Shown in pieces: positions 39,301-49,800 of a DNA stretch of 64,000 bases. The DNA comes from Azolla caroliniana. Its lineage: Eukaryota > Plantae > Polypodiophyta. The notes under the pieces are model-generated. The model was not told where the DNA came from. It did no database searches and saw only the letters and a list, made by a program, of their open reading frames with translations. The stretch spans positions 16,492,001-16,556,000 of the forward strand of contig JBHGNT010000014.1 of the NCBI GenBank assembly GCA_043228905.1, given 5' to 3'. A program made the position numbers and the translations under genes. Numbering within the stretch: position 1 is the stretch's first letter; each line of letters starts with the position of its first letter.

Positions 39301-41773
39301 AAAACTTGCACCTCGGTCCAGGAAATGCATTTTCCTTGGATATGGATCAGACGGCGAAATGGGATACCGACTCTGGGACCCCGAACGCAGACAAATCGTT
39401 CGAAGTTCGGACGTTGTGTTCAACGAGTCGGCTATGAATCCATCAGTCGAAAAACCGATCGAAGTCCGAAGGGTAACATTCTCCGATGTGCCGACCCTTC
39501 AAGAAGGCCCCGCTCTCAACACACGGTCAGCTTCACGGGTAGCTGAACCTTATACTACCGACTCGGACAACTCTGACTCGGCACAGCCGAATGATTCGGT
39601 TTCGGACCATCCGACCTCGATACCCGATGCGACCAGTCCAATCATACCTCGACGATCCGGGAGACTGTCGCAACCTCCGGAGAGGTATTCTCCTGGAATT
39701 TTCTTCACCGACGCCGGCGAACCGACGTCTTACGAAGAAGCATCGACATCTGTCGATTCGGCCACCTGGCATCTGGCGATGGAGTCGGAAATGCACTCCA
39801 TTCGGGCAAACAAGACTTGGGATCTGGTCGAATTACCTAGGAACCGACGTGCTCTTCCTTGCAAGTGGGTTTATCGACTAAAAGAGACGTCTGATTCGAC
39901 CACCCCAAAGTACAAGGCCAGATTAGTTGCGAAGGGCTTCCGACAAGAATATGGCGTCGACTTCGACGAGATTTTTTCACCAGTGGTGAAAATGACAACC
40001 CTTCGTTTTCTGCTCGGCGTCGTGGCAGCCGACAACTTGGAGCTGATTCAGCTAGATGTCAAAACAGCCTTCCTCCATGGTGATCTCGAGGAGGAAATTT
40101 ATATGGAGCAGCCAAAAGGCTTCGTGGCAACTGGCCAAGAACATCTAGTCTGCCGACTCAGGAAGAGTCTATACGGCCTCAAACAGGCACCGCGACAATG
40201 GTACAAGAAGTTCGACGACTTCATCCAATCGATCGGCTTCTCCAAAAGCGATGAGGACCATTGTCTCTTCACCAACACAGCTCAAGATGGATCACCCATC
40301 TTCCTCATCATTTACGTGGACGACATGCTAATTTCTGGACGCCACGCACGCGAACTTGCCGATCTCATTCGGCAACTGCGGTTGAAGTTTGCCATGAAGG
40401 ACCTCGGTCCGGCACGACACATCCTTGGCATGAAGATTAGTCGGCATCGCGATAAACGACATCTCTTTTTGTCTCAGACTGACTATATCGGACGTGTCTT
40501 GGAACGCTTCAACATGCAATCAGCCAAATCTGCTTCAACCCCGCTCCCAATGAATCTTCGGCTCTCTCAGCGAGACTGCCCGACATCCGGCCCGGAGGGG
40601 GAAGATATGAAGTCGGTACCGTATGCACCGGCAGTCGGCTCCCTTATGTACCTGATGGTCGCGACACGGCCTGACATCTCTCATGCCGTAGGAGTCGTTA
40701 GCAGATTTATGCACAATCCTGGCCGATCGCATTGGAACGCAGTCAAGCATGTGTTCAGATATCTGGCTGGCACAAAAGATCACGGCATTCTTTTCGGTCC
40801 GAACCGAACCTCAGGCGTAGTCGGTTACACCGACTCGGACTTCGCCGGCTGTATAGACAGTCGGAAATCAACAACCGGATACTGCTTCAAATTCGGCAAT
40901 GGAGCAATCTCGTGGAAGTCGAAACTTCAGGAGTGCACAGCGACCTCAACGACCGAAGCTGAATATGTAGCTGCGTCCGACGCAGCAAAAGAAGCTTTGT
41001 GGCTCGGTCGGCTGGCGCACACGTTTCGACAAGTCGACCATGACTCGGCTCCAGTTGTCTACAGCGACAGTCAAGGTGCTGTTGCCTTGTCGAAAAATCC
41101 GGTTCACCACAACGCCTCCAAACATATCGATGTCCGATATCACTTCGTTCGGGACTGCGTCATTTCAGGGAAAATCGGTCTAGAGAAAATATCCACAACC
41201 GACAATGTCGCAGATGGAATGACCAAGTGTCTTTCGGCAGACCGTTTTCGGTCTCTTCGGCATCAGATGGGCGTAACGACAAACCAGTCCGGTTAGAGCC
41301 GGACACAGAGCAGGATGGTTCCCGACAACCGACATCAGTTGCTTAATGATCGGCTTCAACTGTTCCGACCCGACCAGTTCGGTCTTCTGCCTTCGGACCC
41401 TGCCGACTCGAACAAAGCTGATATGTCCGAGAACCTAAGTCTATACCTGTAATCTAAGATAACCCATGTATACGCCCATTACGGGGGAGTGTCGAATACA
41501 TGTGTATAATGGACGTATTCACACTATCCCGTTTTGGCCATTTATGTAATTAGCATAAAGGGTAGTTGCCCTAAGTCGGTCACTATATATAGTGACCTTG
41601 TAACCTTTTTGTAAGGTTGGTTGTTGTATTATTTGCTTTATGAAATAAAGACTCTTTTGTGCCTCTCTCTCTCTCTCTCTCTCTGTGCAACGACCTACAT
41701 TCTGTCATACGCAGGGAATAAACAGGAATCGAGTGCTTCTTGATCTTCCGCACTGACGACATTGCTTACAACA
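36312..41773 (+). mobile_element. Copia-C: intact young Ty1/Copia (Tnt1/Tork-like), 5462 bp
   Basis: 284-bp LTRs (36312-36595, 41490-41773) with no difference found by eye; perfect TSD CTTCC; PBS tRNA-iMet 36598-36609; PPT GGGGGAG; single uninterrupted gag-pol. Confidence 0.97.
37283..41296 (+). CDS. Copia Gag-Pol polyprotein (1337 aa)
   Basis: KFDGSNF, Zn knuckle CNYCKKPGHIKADC, PR WLLDSGASFH, INT HHCC plus DVCGP/TDNGGEF/NGIAERMN, RT YVDDM, RNase H TEAEY...HIDVRYHFVRD...ADGMTK. Confidence 0.95.
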   Translation: MASTSGSSEMSLRKFDGSNFNFWKEQMQDYLIVKGQIDPIENEEPPEGYKPMEWQKLDRIVRATTRMHLSESVYFTVQSCTTAFKLWKTLSDTYEKKVAATKMFLIRRLYNLRMKESDSVQAHLNEYESISSQISSQGTAIEDELRAMILMSSLPSSWETFVTTVCNASTTAVKYSEVMSAILTEAARRKSFAKDSTDDAYVVQGSTDRSNIRGRDSSRPPNNQRRRSQSRDNRICNYCKKPGHIKADCRALKNKNNKKSGRHEEINYVSSSADVLPDDPNILSIENPVGSEVLLTTEESSTWLLDSGASFHVTPHRSQFRQYTIRHSDSVRVGNSQHCDIIGIGTVELNLAGGSTLVLHNVRHVPELSRPLISVGQLDEDDIRAGFSSGGWTLHRGNLLLARGPKIHSLYPLHVTLREGNLFLVDIPVSSLWHRRLGHLSKAGITHLSRAGYIPKLSFSDHQFCEHCQYGKQVAASHPTSAPRETRPLDLVHSDVCGPMPHQSLGGASYFVSFIDDSTRKVWAYPIRTKDRVFSIFTDWLAMVENQADRKLKCLRTDNGGEFKSEEFVKFCRQRGIRREFTAPHSPEQNGIAERMNRTIQERIVSMLQHSRLSDGFWAEALLTAVHIINMSPSRPLGLQIPQELWIGSKPNYDKLRTFGCEAYALIPKDDRRKLAPRSRKCIFLGYGSDGEMGYRLWDPERRQIVRSSDVVFNESAMNPSVEKPIEVRRVTFSDVPTLQEGPALNTRSASRVAEPYTTDSDNSDSAQPNDSVSDHPTSIPDATSPIIPRRSGRLSQPPERYSPGIFFTDAGEPTSYEEASTSVDSATWHLAMESEMHSIRANKTWDLVELPRNRRALPCKWVYRLKETSDSTTPKYKARLVAKGFRQEYGVDFDEIFSPVVKMTTLRFLLGVVAADNLELIQLDVKTAFLHGDLEEEIYMEQPKGFVATGQEHLVCRLRKSLYGLKQAPRQWYKKFDDFIQSIGFSKSDEDHCLFTNTAQDGSPIFLIIYVDDMLISGRHARELADLIRQLRLKFAMKDLGPARHILGMKISRHRDKRHLFLSQTDYIGRVLERFNMQSAKSASTPLPMNLRLSQRDCPTSGPEGEDMKSVPYAPAVGSLMYLMVATRPDISHAVGVVSRFMHNPGRSHWNAVKHVFRYLAGTKDHGILFGPNRTSGVVGYTDSDFAGCIDSRKSTTGYCFKFGNGAISWKSKLQECTATSTTEAEYVAASDAAKEALWLGRLAHTFRQVDHDSAPVVYSDSQGAVALSKNPVHHNASKHIDVRYHFVRDCVISGKIGLEKISTTDNVADGMTKCLSADRFRSLRHQMGVTTNQSG

Positions 41774-44700
41774 CTTCCGTCCGACGTGGAGCTCGTAGGG
41801 AGTTAGCTCATGGACTCCATTGGTGGTACACCGATTCATGAGATAGACGGCCGTGGATGCCGCTTCGGCCCAATAGAAATTCAGCATGTGCTTCTCATGC
41901 ATCATGGCGCGTGCTACCTTGAGTATTTGCCGATTTTTCCTTTCGGCGACTCCATTTTGTTGGGGGCTTGTGTCGGCACGAGAATTCTCTTCGAATGCCT
42001 TCACTTTGGAGGTAGGAGGTGAATTCATCGGAGAAGTACTCCTTGCCTCCATCCGATCGTAGGCATCAAGTGTGCCGACCAGTTTCTTTTTCGACTTGCC
42101 CCTTGAGCTTTTGGAAGTGGGAGAGCACTTCGCTTTTCTTCTTCATCGGGTAAATCCACGCGTAGCGCGAGTAGTCGTCGATGAATGTTACGTAGTATCT
42201 GCATTCGCCAATCATCGGCGTTGGAGCCGGTCCCCATACATCCGAGTGTATGAAATTGAGGAGGCCTTTGCTTGTGGAGCTCTCCTTCAGGAATGGGAGT
42301 CGATGTTGTTTTCTGAGTTGACACGCTTCGCATACTGGGTCGACTCATTTCGACTCGAATGTCGGAAGTCCGATGACGACTCCCTTGGTTTGCATCACTC
42401 GTAGCCGTTGGAGGTTTATGTGGCCGATTCTCTTGTGCCACAACTCAATGCTTGTCTCGGTTTTGAGACCTTTGGCATACATTGCTGATTTCACCTCGTT
42501 CGAATCGAGGATGAACATTTGGCCGTCTCTCCGCCCCTTAGCTATGAGTCGACCATCTTTCTCAATGAAACAACCTTCATTGTTGAAGCGGACTTGCATG
42601 CCTTGCTCCACGATTTGGCCGACTGAGACCAAATTCTTCGTTATTGTGGGCACGTGCAAGACATTCTTGATGCAAGTTTGCTCGCCTTCTTTCCCGAATG
42701 GGACATTGCGGATGTGCCGAATGGGGTGCGTGGTGTCATCTCCCGTCTCTATGAAGCCGGGTCGATCCGGCGTTCGTAAATCACGAAACCACTCTTCGTG
42801 AGATGTCATGTGATGTGAGGCGCTAGAATCGATGAACCACATGTCTTCCGAGTTGGAGGTGCTTGTGGAGTTGGAGGCCGACATAGAGTTCGCTCTATGC
42901 CTCATTACAAATAGTCCACCATAATCATCGTATTCGGAGTTGACGGCGTAATTCGTGAGTTGTCGACTTGTGGAAGCCGACGCGTTTCTTCTTTTTCGGC
43001 ACTCCTCGCGATGGTCGATTTTGCCGCAATAATTGCAAGTTGCGGGCCTCGTTTGCCGACCATGTTCAGCGTGGAAGCTCCCCCTTCTTCCAAAGGTTCC
43101 TCGATGGCTTCCGTGAAGGTTTGAGTTCCCTTCATGTGATGGGTCGAATTGGCCTCTTCTACCGCCGTGACCTCCTCCTCAGCCACCGTCTGAATTCGAG
43201 AAGAACATTTGTCCTTCCGACGTCTTGCTTTTGGTTCGGACGTGGTTCTCTTCGACCAATAGCATTGATTAGAGGTCGAAGAATGAAGGAGGTTTTTCTC
43301 TCGCCAAGATTGCTGTCCGTAATGGATCGAATCGTTGTGCGAGGCTACCCAAGCATACTTGAACCATCTCGTCTTCGTCGACGTTTATTTTGATGGAGCC
43401 AAGCGAGTTGCAAATGCTCTTGATCTTGGCGGTGTAGTCCGACACATACATGTCTTTTTGCTGAATGTTGTTCAACTCTTGTCGGAGTTGAAGCTTTTGT
43501 GCAGTCGTGTTGGCGGCGAATATTTTCTTTAAGTTCGCCCACGCTTCTTTAGGCGTGTTGGCATCTCGAATGTGGCTAAGCATGTGGTCGTGGACACATG
43601 TTGCCAAACAATACATGACTCGACTCGCCGCTTGCTCCCATGTTGCGTAGTCGGCATTCTTTGAGTCGGGTCGATTTTCTTGAGCGTCGTTGATGTAGCT
43701 CCAATACCCTCGGCCGACGAGGTATTGGGTCATCTTGTACTCCCAAGATGAATAATTGCTCCAGTCTAGCTTTTCACTAGGGAGCATACTACCCATTTGT
43801 GTGTTCATGTTGATTAGTGTCTTCTCTTCTTTTACTTTTCTTCGTTCGATCACGTACACGTGCTACATAGCGGCACTACGGTAGCCGATAGCCAGATTTT
43901 GTCGTCGGCGTCTCGAACACACAATCACAGAGTCGGGTGGGCTTAGTGGATTTTCTAAACCACATGCTCTGATACCATGTTAAGAATTAGGAGATTAATT
44001 AAGCAAGGATTAATTAGTACCTAATTATGTGATTAGTTGATAAGCGGAAGATTAAGTGATATGTGTGTGTATGTGTGTATGTTTGAGAGAGGAAGAGAGA
44101 GAGAGAGATACAACACAAGATGGGAGATGAGTAAGTATATTAAATTAGCATTATCATCATCAAATACAAAAATACCCACAATGAGGTATATATACATCTC
44201 ATGTGCAAAGGTGCACATGTGTGAGTAGAATATAGGTACTAATGTGTAAGTCCTATATTAAATGTACTTAGGAGTGGAGGATCTAGAATATCCCACTTAA
44301 GTACAAGGTCCTATTTAAGGCGTTATAGTCAACACTTTTGACTAGATTCTATCTAGGTAACTACGAAGTTACATTGTTGACTAACTAACTAAACTAAATT
44401 GAGCTTGATCTCTCAACATTTGGGCATACTTTCTTTGTCTTTCGGTCAACAACTTTGCACCAAATCGGATTGCATACCGATTCTTTTCTTTGTCTTCTTG
44501 GTTTATCACCCATCCAATTCCAATCGGGCTTGTATCCACTGTCACATATATCGGGGTACCTTCGGTGTAGTTGTCTTTTCGCAGTGCCGGAGCTTCCAAT
44601 AATAGTTTCTTTAGCTTTTGAACCGCGTAGGTATGCTCATCTTCCCATTCGAACTTCGTCCTTTTCTTTAGTAATCCATACAATGGTTAAGCAACATGAG

Positions 44701-46873
44701 CATAATGTGGAATCCATATGTGATAGAATGACATGCTCCCAAGAATCTTCGCACCTATGTTTGAGACACACATTCTTCTTTCATCTCTTGAATAGCGTTC
44801 ACCTTGGATGGAGATGGCTTCCGGCCATAAGACCCACATAAGTGTCCTACTACCAATATTTCTGGTTGACCGAATGCAGACTTCTCTCCCGAAAACATGA
44901 GATTTGCATCCTCAAGCTTTTGCAACACCTTCTCGCTATCCTTTATATGATCGATGACGAATCTTCAGCAACCATCTTCATCTTTCGATTCATCTTTCTC
45001 TTCCACCAAGAATCCTTTGATTGGAATGTCATCTAAGAAGGGCATTGTGATATCAAGGATACAATACCTCAACACTTTATTCATGGCATTGACCATGTGG
45101 GCTATAGAATTTGTCGCCCCAAGGTGCACATCCTTACCAACCCAATTGGCGTCCTCATTGTCGTTATGTCTCTACTATCGACAACCAATTGAAACTGATC
45201 ATAGCTTGAGTAGAGATCACCAATGGAATAGATCGATCTTCCCGCGAAGGCTTCGGCAAATTCATCCACGCTTGAACCAATTCCGGCATTTTGGATCGTC
45301 ACCTTGTTGACGGGTTGGAGATCTTGAATAAAGCATAAGGACCCATTCTTCTTTGGCACCGTAAACCATCTATTAGAGTAGGGAGCATTGGATGACTCAA
45401 GAATTCCCATCCTAACCTTTTCCTTTAGAAGCTCAATAAACTTCGGAATGTGAGCTCTTGGAACCGGTATCGGCTTGAGGTTCCAAGGTACATGCGGCAC
45501 CATAAATATCACCATCGACTCTATCATCTTCGGGTCAGCACATCCAATCTCTTGTGGGGAGAAGGCGAAGGCTTTCCCATGTCTCTCAAGCATTCCGCGG
45601 AACATTTGCTCCTCTTTAGGGAGGAGGAAATTCTCCTTTCCAACTTGTAGCTTCCCTTTTGTCTCTTTAGTAAAGACATGACCTATTGCCTTTGGATCCC
45701 TTAAGCTTGGATCATTAGAAACTTCCTTCATCTTTTGCTAGCTATCTTCCGGTAGCGGAACCGCAACTGGCTTGATCTTTCTATCCACTGTTTTATATTT
45801 TGTGTTGACTTCAGCTTCCTCCATCAAGATGCCTCGGTGATATTCATCGATGATAGCGTACATGTTGACGGAGTTAACCGAAATCTCATGTCGATTGTGA
45901 GGATAACTCAAGTCCACGACTTCCTCGATTTCGCCGATGGTGTCGTTAAATGAGGCTTCCTCTAGAATATGAGGTACGAATTCTTCTTCTCCTATTATGC
46001 TTTCTTCTTTCAGCGCCTTCTCGAAGTCTTGTGTCCGACGCTTGTACTTCTTGTTGAGTAGTGTTAGTTTACATGCGCCACTAGGTGTGACACATGTTGC
46101 TTCTCCTTGCAATCCACGTGCTCTACTTCCTTGTGGGGACTTATGATTTCTTGGACTATTTGTGCCCCATGCTTCAATAGTCCGTTCTAAAAATCTGAAG
46201 ATTCGCCTCCAAGGTTATCTCGGTTCCTTTCGTGATTGGCTCGCACCATTAGGAATTGAACAGATCTTTCGTTGTCAAGGCTCTTGACTCGCGCAAAAGA
46301 TGCTCCATTATCGAACACCTTGGTCTCCATCCGGGACGATGTGATATACAGTTGTCCTAGGATGATAGGATGTGAAGCTGAGTCTTGCACGAAGAAGTGT
46401 TGATCCATCTCCACATCTCCAATCGTGACTTTAACATTGGGGCAAGCTCCGTACAAGTCTTCTGTGCCCTTCGTTGCCGCTCGAATCTTCCATCCGTGGT
46501 TTGTATTAATCGGCCATCTTCCCTTTTTGTAGAACTCGGTCAACATGAGGTTAATCTCCGAACCATGGTTAATCAAAGCTACCATAGTCTCTTTCTTCTC
46601 CCCGATCGTCACCAACGTTTTCGTTGTCGCTCTTTCTCCTCTTTTGATCTTGCCATAGTTATGACTCTTGTTTTCACCTCCTCTTCATCCGCTTGTTGCT
46701 GCTTCGGCTTAATCAAGTCCACGATAGTATCGTGGAACTCCTTCTTAGCGATCCCAAGTAGCTCTCTCAAAGTAAGGTCGACATGATTGTCTAAAACATT
46801 ATCCTCAAGGACCTTCCACAAGTCGGTTGTTTGTTCTATGTCCGACCTTACCTTGTAAGTCGGCATTGCTCGT

Positions 46874-49800
46874 TGTCGCGTTGTTACGCGCGTGCATGTA
46901 GAAAGAGGCGGGACCGCGGGGGCCTTGAACCGAGGAGCAAGAGAGAGAGAGAGAGAGAGAAGAGGAGAGGAGAAGAGATTTGCAGATACGCAGAATGGAG
47001 AAGGAAAGAGAAAGAAACGGAACACTTAATTACAGTAACAGTCGATTACAATATCAAGAGATTACAAACTCTGACGATTACAACCGGCAAGGCGGCGATG
47101 GACCCGACACGGGGATCCTACTCACGCACACAGACAGAACACACTAGACCCCTAAAACAAGAAGCGTAGAAGGGAGTGCCTCTGCTGGCAGCACACGGGC
47201 TACCCACGAAGCAGAGGCGTCAAACTCCCAGCACTCACAAAGAATGACGATCGGAGGAGGAGAGAGAGCTCAACACTCGGTCCTGCAACACTTCGTCCTC
47301 CCTATCGCGCGATACCTTTTCTTCCTTCTCTCCCTCCTTAAATAGTTCGCAAAAAGGGAGACCCTTCTTCCTTAGTCCAATTGCTTTTTTCCCTGTCCCC
47401 TTCGACAGAGATACGCACAAATCCCCTAATAAATGTGTACTACCTAGTATTTGCATCAGCCGACCTAATTACGAATTATGTACAAAATATCAATTCTCGC
47501 GTCCACCCGTGTAAGAGCCGGTTCATGCGCCCTTTTCTCCGATTCCACCCATGGCCGGTTTTCTTCACGACATCCACCCCCACCAAACCGCGCATCCACC
47601 GGCATGCACCAGAGACGGGTAGATACCGAAGAAAACCGGCTTCACTTGTCGCTCTCCGATTCTTGCCGGGCTCGAACCGATCGTCGTCGTCGCTATCGCT
47701 CGCTAGCTCCGGCTCGTCTTCGAACCGATTCTTGAACGCTTTGATCTGCTTTCCGGCCACCAGTACCGCTAACCGTGTCTCGTCGAGTTCCGCTAGGTGG
47801 TACGTGCCGTTGTCGTTCACGCTCGTCACCGTGTAGGGCCCGAACCATCTCCTAGCGAACTTTCGCACCGCCTTGTGCTGATTGTCGAGGCTGTTGTTGT
47901 ATACCAAGACCCAGTCGCCTTCCTCGATCTTCTTTGGTCGCAACCAGTGCGTCCGGTTGAACCGGGTCTTGTTCTGCTCCCTTGTCGCCCGCAAATTTTC
48001 CTTCTCCCGTTTCACGTCCTCCGGCCTCCGCTCGAGTTGCCGAATCCGCACCGCCAGCACCTCCTCCCGGCTCATCTCGTCCTTCCAATCTACCGCCGCC
48101 CATAAAGAAACCATTCGTTCAACCGGCATGATCGGCTTTTGTCCATACATCAGCTCTGCCGGCATAAACCCTGTCACCGAACTGTGCGTAGTTCGGTCCA
48201 CCCATAGCGCGTAAGGAAGGAGCCGTGGCCAATTCCCGACCTGCCCTCCGCATGCACGCACCAACGCCTTTACGATCGGCCCGTGCCCACATTCTACCTT
48301 CCCGTTCGCCTCCGGATTGTACGCCGTAGTGAGGGAGAGTTTGACCCCTAGTTGGTCGAACAACTCCTCAGCTTCCCGCGCATCCAGCTCTCCCTTGTCC
48401 GCCACGATCCTCCCGACGCACCCGTACCGACACACTACCTCTTCGATCAGGAACCGGCATACCGCCACAGTTGTCTTGTTCTGCAGTGCACGGCCTTCCA
48501 CCTGGTTCGTTAAGTCTTCCCGTGCAAGCACCAGGTATCGCATCTGTCCTACTCTCATCGACATCGTCACCAAGTCCACCATCCACTTGAAATGGACTGC
48601 AGGCGGGTAAGTCGGGTGTAGCTCGTCCCGATGTCAAACTATGGAGTGCATCTGACAGCTTTCGCAAGTCGTTACGAATCGATGCACGTCCTGGTACAGC
48701 CCCGGCCACCAGTACTTCTCCTTCAGCTTCTCGAACGTGGCCCACGTTTTGCAGTGCCCGGCCCAGGGACTCTCGTGAAATGCCGCCAATAGTTCCTCCT
48801 ATTCTTCTTTCTTTGCCACTACTCGGAGCGGGATGCCGTTTCTTTTCTTTGGGTGCCTCCATATGCACCCGTCCCGTAGGAAGAATCGGTACGCCTTCTT
48901 CTATACCTGGCTCGCCTCTTCTCTTGTCCACGATGCGTTCGACGTCATCGCCCGTAGGAACCTCCCGATTTGGAGCCACTCCCCATCGTACCTGCTTTTG
49001 TCAAATTCGTTAAGCGCCGGAGTGTCCCCTTTCCTCGTCGTCACATTAGCCGACCCAAAGAAGTCCTCGCCGACTTCTTCGTCATCCGAAACCATGCCGT
49101 CTTCGTCGTTGAACCTTGCTCTCGAAAGCATGTCGGCCGTGGCGTTATCCTTTCCGGAGATGTGCCGTATCTCCGGGTTCAGGGACTTAATGTACGCTAT
49201 CCACCGGAGCATTGCTAGGTCCAACGTCGCGCATCCGAAAACCATGCCGAGTATTGGCAGGCAGTCCATCTCGATTGGTAGCTCCGTCCCGATCAGGTAG
49301 TCCCTGTCGGCCTTGATTGCCAAAACGATACCCCATAGTTCGTGCTTGACTTGGGCGTATCCTCGCTGTCGCTCACTCAATACCTTCGCCCCGAACTGGA
49401 TCGGGAACTGTGCGCCATCCTCGTCCTCCTGGTTGATCACCCACCCGATCTCGGTCGGGCTCGTGTCCACCGTCACATAGATGGGGACTCCCTTACCGTA
49501 AACCGCTTTACAGAGAGCTGGCGCTACCATAAGCGCCTCCTTTAGTCTCCGGACCGACTCCGTATGCTCCGTCCTCCACTCAAAGCTACGCCCCTTTTTC
49601 AATAGCCCGTAGAGGGGTTCCGCGACATGTGCGTAGTGCGGGATCCAGATGTGGTAGAACGCGCATGCTCCCAAGAATCTGCGGACCTCCGTGACCGACC
49701 TGCAATCGTTCCTCATCGCGGAGATGACCTCTACCTTTGCCGGAGACGGTTTCCTACCGTAAGGCCCGCACAGGTGTCTGACCACCAAGATCTCCGACTG

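Larger units (their letters stand above)
35005..44418 (-). mobile_element. Copia-B: two-LTR Ty1/Copia with most of RT/RNaseH deleted (LTRs 35005-35460 and 43978-44418)
   Basis: Highly similar LTRs; TSD CTTGG/TTTGG; PBS TGGTATCAGAGC 43966-43977; gag 43269-43859; PR WFIDSSASHH; INT split by Copia-C; RT start (PRWVE) jumps to the RNase H end at ~35615; PPT at 35461-35470. Confidence 0.92.

Noticed and set aside
37369-41143. Numerous antisense and alternate-frame ORFs within Copia-C, and similarly within Gypsy-C
   Set aside because: Expected shadow ORFs of GC-rich coding sequence; no domain signatures.
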